Shown piece by piece: positions 11,555 through 24,867 of a DNA stretch of 64,000 nt. The stretch's first letter is position 1, and every line of letters starts with the position of its first letter. The notes beneath the pieces were generated by a model, which saw only the letters and a list, made by a program, of their open reading frames with translations, searched no databases and was not told the DNA's origin. The translations under genes and the position numbers were made by a program. The DNA is from Paecilomyces variotii (lineage: Eukaryota). The stretch lies in NCBI GenBank assembly GCA_004022145.1, contig RCNU01000001.1. One strand, written 5' to 3'.

Positions 11555-14341
11555 ATGCGCCCTCCACGCTTGATCCTTCTCTTGCTATCTTTCATCTTCT
11601 TGCCTATTCTTCTCACTTGTCTCTCCCTCCTCTCGGCTCATCCCCGTCATGACGCCGCCGACTCATCACTCGCTGGCCGAACGAGTCGACTACGCGCCCT
11701 CTTCTCCTTTAATGCTCCCTCATCACTCTTTCCTCCGTCTGCCATCATCAGTCTGACGGACGATAATTCAACCTTCTTCTTGGCCCGACCTGCAGCGTTT
11801 GGGCCGTTGTTGCCGGCAAAAGGACTCAGCGGGCAGCTATGGATTGGAAGTGGCTTCGGTGAAGATAGCCTCCGTAAAGGAGGTGCCACTGCCCGAGCCG
11901 AGGGAGAACTTGGTTGCTCTGATGTTCCGGGATGGGGCGAAGGCGACCAGCAGCATCTGCCAGACTTGAGTGTCAGCAAGAACAGTGATAGAGATACGGC
12001 TCGCAAGCCGGCAGACGGGCCAGAGAACGTTATCACTGGAAGAAGCATCCACCGTAGAGGTGATGCTCTCAGTAATGCAGAACTCGCAAAGGACAGCTCA
12101 GGTGCTGGTACTGCCCCGTCAGCGGATGACGGTACAGACGACCATCTGCATCACCCTCTTCCTGGATCCGAGTCTCCGGACCCCTCAAGCCCCGACAACG
12201 GTGGAGATCATGCTGGAAAGAATACACATGCAGACATACAATCTCTGCAAGAGAGCGCAGAAATTGCGGGGAAGGTCGTCTTGCTGAGCAGAGGCGGCTG
12301 TGGTTTCCTAGAGAAAGTGAAATGGGTTCAACGACGCGGTGGTGTGGCTTTGATTGTTGGAGACGACACCAGGGGAGGAAACCTTGTCACTATGTATGCC
12401 CATGGCGACACTTCGAATGTGACCATCCCCGCTGTCTTTACCTCTCACACTACAGCACATCTGCTCTCTTCCCTGATCCCTCCTCAGACAGTCGACGACT
12501 CAGGTACTGGTCGCAAGCCCATGAAACTACCGGAGAGCAAAGGAAAAGGATCGGAGCAGGGATCCCGATCGACAAAAACAAGCGGTCCCATGTCAACACC
12601 AACTTCAACAGCGCGTTCGAGGAGCCTCGCAACTGTCTCGAGCTCGTCAGGATCAGAATCAGGATTCCTCGGTGCGATCTTGTCTGTTCTGGGTCTTGGC
12701 AGTAGCCGGAGCTACTCCTGGCATCTTCCCGAAGACAGTCGACGCCCACCCAGCAGTGGGAACATTGATTGGGTTATAGTCGATCACTGGGAAGAAGAAG
12801 AGACATCCAGCAATGCGAAAGCACCGGTCGATAAGACCAATCAGAAGAATGATAACGATGCCCAGTCTAGTGGCTCCAAGCAATCGGCCTCTGAGCCTAG
12901 CAAGTTCGATGGCGACGGCTTTGTGATCGGAGTACAGGACTGGCGCGATCCTGATTTGGTTGCTCCTCAGGGTTCACCAGCACCAAAGTCGAATATCTCC
13001 CCTGGACAGTCAGGATCTAAGGCACAGGATGGACAAGACATGAAAGGCAAATCTTCGTCTAATGCTGGTTCGAATGGTCCAAAAGGGGGTAGCATCATGC
13101 CTGGTAGCGGCGAATACGTGGATCCCGAGAAATCCTCTAAGAATAGCAAGTCGGGCAAGGGTTCTGCTAAGAACCAAGACCCTGCGGCAAACTCCAAGTC
13201 TGGTGAGTCCAAGACAGCGAAGAATTGGTTCAGGGGTCATTTCGGCTGGTCCGAAGACAAGGGATCTGTCTCTGATAGACCTTTAGATACGATGGATAGC
13301 CATGGACCTTCAAATGACGGGAAAGCCTCCAAATCAACTGGTTTCAGAAACCAGCCAGTTCGAAGCAAGGCAGATAAACCAGAAGAACATGAAGGCCTTT
13401 GGGTCACTTTAACTCCAACGACCATGTCAACAAGCCCGTTCTTCGATACTCTCCTTGTTCTGGTGGTGAGCCCCCTGATCACTCTGACGGTAGTCTATGC
13501 TCTCCTACTGTTGCGATCTCGCATCCGACGTCGCCGCTGGCGGGCTCCTAAGTCGGTCGTCGATCGCCTGCCGGTGAGAACTTACCATACGATCTCACCT
13601 TACTCTTCCGCATGTAACACCCCTCGGCCACCAAGCCCGGGTTCCTCATCTCCCACGTCGCCTCTCCTTTCCTCCGAGTCGCATCCAGCACCTTCTAGAT
13701 CTAGACCCCGGTCGCAGACTGCGTCTGGAGTGGTTCTGAGTACATCGGAATCGGCAAAGGATGCTCGCACAGCAGGCGAGAAATCAAGTTCGGGATCTAC
13801 TCTTTGGCGGCGTAAATACACGGGACGACAGGTGGAATGTGTTGTCTGTCTTGAAGAATACGTGGATGGACAAAGCAGGGTAATGAGCTTGCCGTGTGGA
13901 CATGAATTCCACGTCGAGTGCATGTGAGTATGATGTTAATTGTCTTTCGGTAATCCGTACTAACTTTGTTTTCTCAGCACTCCTTGGCTCACCACCCGTC
14001 GTCGCACATGTCCCATTTGCAAAGGAGACGTAGTTCGCTCCATGTCACAATACAACAACGTACCTGAGCAGCGTGAGAGGAATGAACAGACCGCGGATGA
14101 TATTCAAACTCGTGCCCTCGAGGCTCGCAACGACTCTCCATCCGCAGCTGTTCCCATTTCGGGATTGATGGAAGATGAGGCCTCGGATCTGGAGCGTGGC
14201 GATGACTCTTCCGTTCCTCTCCTCGACGAGCATGCATATTCTGCGCCGCAGTCAAACTGGCGGCAATTCGCTTCTCTTAGCCTATCAGCCCTCAGCGGTG
14301 ACACTATTTGGCACCAGGCCAGGGCCGACAGGAGCAGATAG
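11555..14341 (+). CDS. PA-domain, transmembrane, RING-H2 E3 ubiquitin ligase
   Basis: N-terminal hydrophobic segment, PA motif (VLLSRGGCGFLEKV) and a TM helix. RING-H2 CVVC...LPCGHEFHVECI-TPWL...CPIC is completed across intron 13924-13977. Confidence 0.92.
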
Positions 14342-14873
14342 ACTATGCTTTTCAGTTCTCCACTCTGCCTCCGCTCAACCTCGACAGACTTGATAAGAAA
14401 AGCCTTTTCAGCGGCCTTTCAGACCCCTGCCTATGAATGAGTTCCTATCGTGCTGCATTAGCGATTTTTCGTTTGCCTCTGTTTATGGAACGGCGTGGCG
14501 TTTGACGGATAACCAGGGGTTCGGATAAGGATCAAAGCAACAACTTTGGAAGTAGTTGCGGCAGGCGGCTGGAATACGCTTGTACCCTTCTACACTTTAG
14601 TCGACGGTTTTCATTTTTCTTCTTCTCTTCAACTGCATAAACCTAGTTGATACCATCGCTGGAACGCGCTGTAAATGATTCCTCTGTTGCTATCCGGCTT
14701 GATCCATCTAGCTATATGATATTGTGTGTCCGGTAAACTTCGCTCATTGCTTCTCAAGACTAAACTCTCTGTGTCAAAACAGTGCACCACGAGGCATATA
14801 TTTTGTACAGAGAAAATATTAGTCGATGCGATATTCAACGTCTAGAATATATTCTTAAAAAAATGCCTCGTAT

Positions 14874-16502
14874 CTATCCAGTCAGCGAGTATAAAGTGAT
14901 AGCTTTAATGATTGGCAGCCGGGTCTCTCTGGAATCAAAAACCTGAGCGTGATCCAAAGCATCGTACCAAAGAATTTCAAGGCCAGACCCCTGCCACTGT
15001 CTCCTTTTCCATGATGACGGGTCTCTTTCAGGATAACCTATTGATAACCGTGAATGCTGCTTTGCCACTTTCTCTGTCGTGGATTGGAGGTATTGGCCCA
15101 CGGCCTCAGAATCCACGATCAAATCTTGGCCACTGAGAGCCACGGTGACTTTCCTTCCTTTCTTTCGACTGGGTCGTGCTTCTTCCACACCGAGGTCTTC
15201 CTTCCAGATTATGTTATCGCTCCATGAGAACCGTTTGGCTAAGGTATGTGCTACTCCCATATCCTTGCTCGCGAAGTACCATAACTGATGCTCATTTGCA
15301 TGTACCGGCTTGCGAACGGTAAAATTGTATGCAACATCTGGCAGATGGAGGAGGAAGCATACGGGGTCAATAAACACGGCGGGGCCAACGTATGGGGCCG
15401 TGACGGGCGACTTGATCAGATGCGTAGCGACGACCGTCCCGTAGGAGTGCGATACCAGAACAACTTTATCCCAACGGTGCTTTTTGAGAATGGCGTGGAT
15501 CTCAGATACCATCTGATCCTTTTTGGTGGCCGGCTGGGTCATTCGAGAGCTTATGGGCATCATCTCAAGAGCAATGATGCCGATGTCTTCGTTCTTTCCA
15601 TCTCTGATCAGCTCGCCCAAAAACTTTGTGTAAGGCCATAAACCAACACCGATTCCATGGAGGAATAATACCGGTAATCGGTCCTTTGCTTTATGCTCGC
15701 GATACCAGTAGGTAAGATGTGGTGCTGGAGACTTCCTAGAGGAGAAGAGAGTGTAAGGGCGCAGAGGGAAGACTCTGAAAAAGCGGGTGAGAGTCGTTCT
15801 GTAGAATGAGAAACCATTGTACATCATTGAGGAATAGGTGATGGCGTCAACAACAAAGATGACCTGTTGATATTTATTAGAGGGCTATCATGTTGAAATG
15901 AGAGAGCTAGTTATAGAGGGGGGTTCACCAACCAGATACCAGAGAAGACTTCGATGTAAGCCATCAGTTTTTTCGAGTCTTTGTCCCAAGTGTTCCAAGC
16001 TACTGTTTTTCCCTGGAGGGAACCGTCGACCTTGTAACTCCTCCAACTGTCTTGTATATGACTCGATATCATCCTCTGTCTCCCTGCCTCCAGGTAAGTT
16101 ATTGAAGAATCCCCATCGAATAAAACCTTTAACATTCTCTCTTCTGATCTCATCGATCTCTGAAACCACAAACCATCCCTTGAGGAACCGTTCCATTTCT
16201 GGAATGTTCATGCTGCAACGTCTGAAGAGCTCATCTCTCTCCGTTTCTGCGATCGGCTCAATATCAATGGTCGAGCGACTTAGAAGGTACTTATGTGGGA
16301 GAAAGATTATGGAAAAGAAAATCGCCTCTGCTGCAAGCCATATTTGAATCGGTAGGGGAACGCGATGCAGCTGAATGCCTGGTAGGATCGATTGACTGAA
16401 CACAAGTAGAATACAGTAGAGCACACTAACAGGAGCGATGTTATGTAGAAAAAGAATGCTACAACGAATGAACACATATTCTGGGGTGGATTTCCCGATC
16501 AT
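14874..16502 (-). CDS. Membrane-associated alpha/beta-hydrolase fold protein
   Basis: Two exons (intron 15864-15932, phase 0). LFLHGIG oxyanion motif, VSHSYGT nucleophile elbow, C-terminal DHAQ; N-terminal hydrophobic helices. Confidence 0.85.
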
Positions 16503-17036
16503 GATGAGCTATGTGCAGAGTTAAGGGGCATGCTTTGCCCATTGGGTAAGTCGGTTAATTACATGTAAAAATATAAATGCCATCTCTTATCAGGATTATT
16601 GGAACTTGTGGGGGAACTTGTTGGAGGACGTGTTTCTGTTGATTATTACCGGAAGTGAAGGCGGTAAATCACCTGATACTATCAATAGATGGGGCCAATC
16701 AGGGGATTCTGCCGTCTATTTTTTTGGGGAGATTTCTTTACCTTCAATGCAACATGTATGTCCCCTAATCAAACAAGTGCCACGAAGGATCGAATAACAA
16801 TAGTTCTTGGGTAGGCTGGAACGGCCTGATGCTTGGATTCTCTAGCAAGCTTACTGTAGGCCATTTATCCCCTGGGTGGAACTCGCTAATGAGAACTCGT
16901 GGTGGATCACCGCCAAGAATTTCCTATTTCGGTAGGTATGTTGCGAGACTCCTTAAATGTATCATTTAAGGCCATAATTCTTATTGACCAACTTCTGGCA
17001 ACGCTGAGTCCTACCATCACGGCGCCTGGTTCTGAC

Positions 17037-18349
17037 ATGGCGTCTCCGTTACCCTTTCTGACTCGTCAGGACAAGATCGTGCTCGAGAGTCTGCAAGATG
17101 ACATCACGGCCGGCGAGCACGCGCGCGAAAATGTCGCTGCAGACGATGCGCGGATAGAGCAATTGGCCGCCATGGCCGATAGCTCCGACGAGCGATTCGA
17201 GCCAACGGTCTTCACGGGATATGATTTGCAGTGGGATACGAAGGATCCGATGTTGTTGACCCTGGTAAAGAAGTATGTATTGCGTCCGTACATCAATTGG
17301 GCGCAGACGGTCGTGCGGCGGCCGACCGATGTGGTGTTTCTCACTCATATTTTGCTCTACATCTCGATACTGCCCCTGAGCGCAGCCATTCTCTTCTACC
17401 GGTTCACCTGGATCCATGCGGTTCTACACGGGGTGATGGTAGGAGCTTCCTGCGGGCCGTTTACCCTACTGCTCCACAACCACATTCACAACGGCGGCAT
17501 CTTCAATCGAAGTTACGCCTGGTTCGACCACGCTTTTCCCTACATCTTGGAGCCGCTGCTGGGCCACACATGGGACTCTTACTACTACCACCATGTCAAA
17601 CATCACCATGTCGAAGGCAACGGTCCGGGCGACCTGTCATCCACGATCCGGTACCAGCGAGATGAGCTCCTCGATTTCCTGATCTACACCGGTCGATTTT
17701 TGCTCTTTATCTGGATCGAGTTGCCTCTCTATTTCTATCGCAAAGGCCAGTTGCGGATGGCGGCGCAATCGTTCTTTTCAGAGCAGTTTTCATACTTCAC
17801 GATCTTTGCGCTATCTCGGGTGAACTTTCGCGCGACGATGGTGACCTTACTGGTGCCGTTAATATTGATGCGGATTGGCATGATGGTTGGGAACTGGGGA
17901 CAACACGCACTTGTGGATGAGATAGACCCAGATTCGGATTTCCGATCCAGCATTACTCTGATTGATGTGCCGGTATGCAATAATGACCTTTCTTTCCTGA
18001 AGACAATCTGATGAATGGACAGAGCAACCGTTTCTGCTTCAACGACGGATATCACACATCGCACCACCTGAACCCCCGCCGGCATTGGCGAGACCACCCG
18101 ATCAGCTTCCTGAAGGCTAAGAACAAGTATTCTGCGGAGGGCGCCCTGGTCTTCCAGAATATCGACTACTTGATGATGACATACCACCTGATTCGAAAAA
18201 ACTACGACCACCTAGCGACCTGTCTTATACCGATCGGCGATCAAATTGGAAAGAGCCCGGAGGAACTGGCGGCCTTACTGCGCACGAAGACGCGCCGGTT
18301 CACAGAGGAGGACATTCAGCGGAAATACCGGAAGACGGTCTCTAAATGA
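17037..18349 (+). CDS. Membrane fatty-acid desaturase/hydroxylase superfamily protein
   Basis: Three His boxes (HNHIH, HHVKHHH, HTSHH) and TM segments. Intron 17973-18022; ATG at 17037 (MASPLPF). Confidence 0.85.
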
Positions 18350-18980
18350 CTGGATCTTGCAAGATCTATGACGCTTCAGGCGGCTCTCTCCAGATACTCC
18401 CCGCATATGCCGTTCGATTACCTTCAATAATCTCATGTGCGGTCAGCATTACTGTAAATACAATAACGCAAGTCTATATCCAAGGAGGCGAAGAAAGAGA
18501 AGATGATTGTAAGAGGCTCAGCCTTGCCTCTAGGCTCTTACGCCCAAAAAACAAAAGCTTTTCAGCTGGCATCCGTCATATAGCTATATGGCCCCGGGGA
18601 ATTGGTGATGAATTAGACATATTTGAATAATGTTAAAAGGATAACCTAGAGTGTAGGCTCAGTGACAACTTATCTATCCTTATATGATGCTTAATATAGA
18701 AGAAGTTTATATACCAAAGTCAGCGAAATAATTAGAATTCAACATGCTAGCTATGTTTATTACTTGTAGTTTGGGCTGAAGGGAGATTTAAGCTACGGTG
18801 TGGTGACGTCATGAACATCGATCTCCGGAAATAGACGACCTTCCAAGTTCAAGCATCAAAATAGTCTGCCCAGCTGCTTTTGCAGCCTTTGACTGTCTCT
18901 CTCTCTCTCACACACAAACTCACTCTATCTCGCTCACTCGCTCGCTCTTTCAACCCAAGCCATACAGGCATACGCGTACA

Positions 18981-19930
18981 ATGGCGGACAAGGTCAGGCA
19001 AGTTGCCTTAGAAGAGGCACAGCAGTTGAAGTCGCAAGCGCAGAAGGCCGTCCGCTCAGGGGCATGGCTGTATCCGTTTAGGGTGAGCTTCCATCAGCAG
19101 ACGTCAGCTATGTCTAGGCTGCGCTAATCGAGTATGTCAAAGGGTATCATCTATTTCCTCACTCATCGGAGCCTATGGCAACCGTTGCTGTCACGAATTG
19201 TGCCGACAATCACTCTCGGGCTGAGTGTCACGTCGGCCATGTTTTTCTTCACTTATGTGCCCCAAGCGGCCATGTTAGCCTTTACCAGTGGACCATTAGC
19301 CCCTATATCTGCAGCGCTGCTCGTGCTGAGCGAAAGCTCTACGATCACCAGCGCCCTGTCGCGATCGTTGCTGCTCCAGGAAGCCTTGGTTGACACCTTC
19401 GATGGGACACTACTTAGTCGAGGGCAGGCTGCCCTCGTCGCCAATACCCGTCAGCTCAAAAGTGGTTCTATTGATCCCATTTACCGACTGGGGAAGTTGA
19501 TCAAAAAGCCGTTTGCGAGATTTTCGCCGCGCGCCCTGATTCGATCAGTGCTTTATCTTCCACTCAACTTTATTCCAGTGGTGGGAAGTATCGCGTACAT
19601 CCTGATCCAAGGGAAGAAATTGGGGCCTGTCGCACACGAGCGGTATTTCCAGATGAAGGGTTGGAACGCGAGACAGAAGGAGGAATGGGTGGAGAAGAAC
19701 AAGGCTGCTTATACTAGGTGAGTAGACCGCGCTAGCATCACATGCACTATACTTTTTTTGCTGACGACTGCAGCTTCGGTGTCGCCGCCTTTGTCTTAGA
19801 GATGATACCATTTGCATCCTTGGCGTTTGCGTACACGAATACAGTTGGTGCCGCTATATGGGCAACGGATATCGAGAAATCAGAATCAACGGCGCCAGGT
19901 TTGCGAGAGCAAGCCGAAAAGGCCAAGTAG
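18981..19930 (+). CDS. EI24/Rrt8(Lds)-like membrane protein
   Basis: Exons 18981-19082, 19143-19717 and 19774-19930. Motifs AWLYPFRGIIYF, LPLNFIPVVG, HERYFQMKG, FAYTNTVGAAIWA. Confidence 0.8.
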
Positions 19931-21520
19931 AAGGATCCAGGGTTTCTAAGAGCACCATTTATGGACATAATCGACCTCTACTGCTATATATCATGAGATG
20001 ATGCCCTTTTCGAAACGTGATCTATACCATATCTACCCGCATCCATATGTCATGAAATCTTGGTTCCTTAATTCACTCTTGCCATCTGTATAATGCTGAT
20101 AAACTATGCTCTTAACAATATGAAAGGGTTGCATCTTCTAAAATCTTACTTCGTGGTACTCCAACTGAATACTCCTTTAATGCCAATGAAATATCGTTGG
20201 TTTACTTGGCAGCTGATACTACAGTACTTTGGCTTCTGGTAGCACAACAGGACGGTACTCGCTCTTCACCATCCTCAGCCACTTCCGAAAATCACCCTTT
20301 TGCCCTTCATTTGTTGTCTCGAAGCGCCTAATTTATGCGCGCATACTAAGACGGTATCACCCGCCTGCCAATATCATGTTCTTGGGACAATCCTAGTAGC
20401 ACACGTGGTTCGATGCGGAGATATGGAAACCGAATCTGATCACACCTAAATCACCTCTTTGCTGTACACAGGGCGATGGCAGTGTATTACCATCTGGAGC
20501 GATGTATTCTAAGCTGAGTGGTTCTGCGGCTGAAAGCTCGCGTGACTCGGTCTGCGTCTTGTTGGTCTATACTTGCAGCCTCTCCCAGTGTTGAACAATG
20601 ACTTGAACAATGAGGGTGGTTTGTATCCCCTTGCACCTGCACCCACCATATTAAACTTTAATGAGATTTTGTCCGATTTGGGAGTGACATGCTTCCATGG
20701 TTTCAGAATCTCAATTGCTGCGGTTCACATCTCCGTCTGGCCCGGCAGTTTCGACTGCTTTAGGTTATGCTAACATACGTACCGTACATCACAGGGCGAC
20801 GATTCAGAGTCACCAAGACCATGAAAGCCGTCAATTGTATGGCTACGCTTCTTACTTCTCCTTAATTCGGTAGCGGTAGTCTGTCATGTCCACATAAGCA
20901 ATGACCCATGGACTTCTTGACGACCACGCTCAAAGGAAACAAAGGAACTGGGCGCACGTATCACCTCCCTCCGGCGGTCTCCGCTTCACCAACACGAGGT
21001 ACTCAAGGGATGGTTGATTGCCTGACTATTTAACCAGAAACAGAAACCGAATCACTGAAAGACAGAATCGATGTAGTGCTCCCTTATTAAGCGGAATTCC
21101 AAGAATCGAATACTTATTAAGAGGTACAGTGCCGCGCAAATTCCGTGGAGGAGAAAAGTACAGAGACCACGGTGAGAAATTCACAACAAAGAGTACAGAA
21201 GTTTCACTACTCATCATAAAGATCACTAATAATAAACTACATAGAAGACGAGAACAATCTCTTTAACATATCGAATATTTCGAGTCTATATCCACATAAT
21301 CGATTTCCCGACCTTCCCGGCTGAACCAAAGTATATATATACATATTTCCAGCCAAGGGCCTTGTTGCGAAAGGAAAAACCATGCATTCAATCCGTTCCT
21401 CAGCGTCCGAATCAACAAGGTACTACTATCACTTCTCATCTCCTTCTGTTGCTGTCGAAGTCGAAGTGACCGACACGCGCCCTCTCTACTCCTTCGAATC
21501 AACAACCAACAGGAACAACC

Positions 21521-21805
21521 ATGCGTCATCTTTCTCTCACCGCCACGAACCTTCTTTTACCTCTCGTTGCGATGACCAGTACCACGGTGTTGGTGGATGC
21601 CATCACCACCACAGTCAGCATCGCGCGGACGAGTTTTCCTGTTCACGACGACGGATTGCGGCGCCGTCACGGGGGCACTGTTTTAGACAATCCCCGTGTG
21701 TGCTGTCGCGGAAGTGGCTTTGAGTGCAGATGTACCATACCCCCGAACACAAATGGTGATGATCCTTGCTGTAGGGAGTGTTCACAGTTCGCGGGGTGCG
21801 TTTGA
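21521..21805 (+). CDS. Small putatively secreted Cys-rich peptide (94 aa, 8 Cys)
   Basis: CAACC-ATG context, hydrophobic N-terminus and basic RRR site. C-terminal pattern CC-x6-C-x-C-x11-CC-x2-C-x5-C. Confidence 0.6.
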   Translation: MRHLSLTATNLLLPLVAMTSTTVLVDAITTTVSIARTSFPVHDDGLRRRHGGTVLDNPRVCCRGSGFECRCTIPPNTNGDDPCCRECSQFAGCV

Positions 21806-22259
21806 ATGGAGTAATCATATCTTCGGTTTTCTGTGTGGGCTCTTTCCCTTCATTGGGGTCATATGATGATCTCTATCCATGTTATTTGCAATTTTGGTTC
21901 ATTTAATACGTTATTCTTACTGAAGAGCTATTTGCATCCCTTCAAGTACTAATCTATTGAATCTCGCATGTCATTTTAGCTATTTCATTTTTCAGGGTAA
22001 GCTGGAGCTCGTGGCATGTGGGCGACAGATTTCAATGAGACAATTTAGGGATGGAAAGAAAACAGAGAATATGCAGAGCCATGAAGCGATTTGTACGTTT
22101 ATACGGTTTACACGTTATTCCGTGGTGTTATGTTTCAACCGTTTAATGCAATTGAACTATCCAAGCATCAAAAACTAGACTGCTCTACCAACTAACGGAA
22201 AATCCCTAAGATCCATAACTTGCGAATTCTAACCAAGATGATCCAATCCATCCCTCTGC

Positions 22260-23899
22260 TTAGACTTTAGCAGCCGCCTTGTCTCCTTCATCCTTTGTCT
22301 CTTTCTTGCCCTGAACAAGACCACCATTCCACGAGCCATCCGGCGACCGTGTCCATTCGACAGAACCGAAGCTGGATGCTCGTAGAATTGTCATCTTGAA
22401 AGTCTCAAGACGTGGGAGATGAGCCAGTAGGTCGCTCATGTCGGATTGTGAGGGGAAGATTTGTTTGAGTACTTCGTCGGTGTTGGCTTGTGTGGAATCG
22501 GAGGAGACCTGATAGTAGGATGGGTTGTTAGTCTTGGAGTGTTCTGCCTACCTACGTGACCTTCCCCTTACGTGGGATGGATGATTCTCCCATGGTGATA
22601 TAGAACAAGACAGCAACGATGATTAAGATGAGGGATAGTAGTTAAGTAATGAGGAAATATGTATTAACTTACCGCCTGACTGAATTCTGCATCCGGAACA
22701 CCCACGATCTCAACAACCTCGAGATCCTTTCCAACCGATCCATTTTGACCTCCATGGAGACTATCCAGAAGAGCCTTCTTAGAAGCTTCTGTCGCACTGA
22801 CGATGACGCTCGCACTCAAGATGGCCAATTCCTTCTGCGCGCGAAGGATATGCGCCAGCTGTTCCGTGTTCAGGGTATAGAGGGTAGAATCGAGCATTTT
22901 CAAATTTCGCGGTCCAGGACCGGTACCAGGAATATGGATCTTGGGTTCTTTATCTTCTCCTTTTTGTTGTTTTTGTTGTTGTTCTTCTTGCTTTCTATCA
23001 TCCTGCTTGACGATTTCCAGACCTTCGTGATCGACTTCACTACCCGTGAGCTTTCGCATGAGCAGAGCAGTTCCCGCATTCGCTGGACTAAACGGGACGA
23101 CGCCCTCTGGTCTACGTCCTGGGATCGGCACGCCATTCTCATCGACATACAGAGGATCATCAACCAAGTCAGACGACGAATCCTCAGGCCGTTCCGGAGG
23201 CGCAGCCAGACTGAACGACGCAGCTAGCAGAGACGGTACCAGCATGGCAGGGAGTTCATCTGCGGGGATTCGCTCCAAGAAGCTTGCATCCGCATGACCA
23301 CGATATGTATAAGATACTTCAAGGAAGCGCATCGCGCTTCGTACACCATACTTGCTCTGAGATTCTGGGTCGTTGAGTTGTTCGAGAATGCCACCCAGAC
23401 CGGCCATGAAGCCCTTCCTGCAGAAGGCATCGAGGAGATGCAACTCCCGCAATCCGCCGCCGTTCTCTTTCTTTCCCGTCAGGATGTCGTTGAAGAACTC
23501 ACCCGCATCTTTCCTGGAGCCGTCGCCAACGCCATCGATGAGTTGGCTGTAGAGCGTGAGGGTCTTGAGTTTAGGCAGGGCTTTGCCCAGTGTTGTTAGG
23601 AAAGGAGGTGGGAAGCCCAGAGAAAAGAGCTCGAGAGTGAGTGCTTCGATGCCCTTGGGAAGAGTGGGCGGGACAGCTTCCGGATCAAGAGCCGTGGCTA
23701 GCTGATCTGAGTAGTCTGTTGGTTTGATGTCTGATGTGAGAGTCAGAGCTTGTAGAGCCGCTGCCTGGGCTGGGAAAGTAGGCAGTTTGAAGCTCTCCAG
23801 CGGTATTTGAGCAGCGTTGGGAAGAGGTTCCGGGACCTCTGTCGCTGCAGGAGGCTTGATTACCTCTGGAGGTTGTCCGTGATGAGCGACTGTTGTCAT
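22260..23899 (-). CDS. Hypothetical fungal protein, about 491 aa
   Basis: Exon 23899-22673, intron 22509-22672 (GTAAGT...CAG), exon 22508-22260 open to TAA. Leu-rich, weakly LRR-like (LPKLKTLTLY, LRELHLL). Confidence 0.8.
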
Positions 23900-24867
23900 G
23901 ATTATATACCACTATAGATATGGGAGGAGCTTTTAAACGATCTCAACGATGAAGATGAAATGAAGCTGGAGGACTTGATTGATTGATTGATCGAAAGGAG
24001 AAGTCAAAGGACCATAGCATCTTCTCTGCTCCTCCTTTCAATCGACCTCCTCCTCCTCCGCGTCTCGCTAACCGAGCCCAGCTCTTGGATGTGCATAGCT
24101 ATTGTGCGGGGTTACGTCTGTCATGTCAGTCCGGGGGCGGAGAAAATGCGGACGGAGCAAATGGAAGATCAAGCAGAAACAAGACGCCCAGCGATAAAGA
24201 GCGACCTGTGCATGGATCGGTCATGATTGGATCTGATAGCATTTTACCCCTCATCTGATATCCTTATATGGTTATCCTCGGGCGTTGCGACTAAGCTTAC
24301 TATCCTGTATGTAGTTGGCAAATCAGTATTATTACATGTTCCACAGAGCGGGGAGTCGAGGAAAAACTGGGGTAAACGTGGAGAAGGCGGAGCCCCACGG
24401 ACTTGATGGAGATCATTGCTTGGATGCTAGTATGGTATGGTGTGAACTTCAACCATGAGCATTGGATAGAGAATAAATAGAACGCAATACTGTGTTATTC
24501 AATAACTAGCTGTGGTTTACTGTCTAGAATAATCTTTGCGGGAAAACGGGCTCCTATTCCCAAGGTGTGCACAGCCTCCTAATAAAAATGTACCGTACAT
24601 TGAAATACATACAATAGCCTCAGTAAGAATGCACGAATCACGCATATCACCTGTGTCAAAATGGTCACTGGTCGAGAATATCCATCGCTGAAAGCCGTGA
24701 AAGTGAAAATATTTCTACGCTGATCAGCTCAACAATATACACGAACGTAGACTGTCCCTTGTCGCAAGCGAGGAAAGTCAAGTTGGAACTAAGCGTCTTC
24801 GAAGAACGTAGCTCATGTAAAGCGGGTAGATAGAGGGTTCTAGTCCCTCGTGGAAATCTCTCGCTGA

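Noticed and set aside
1-18349. KOG1, hydrolase and desaturase as members of the sphingolipid-mimic cluster
   Set aside because: They lie 16 kb or more from the P450, separated by unrelated genes, and nothing in the sequence links them.
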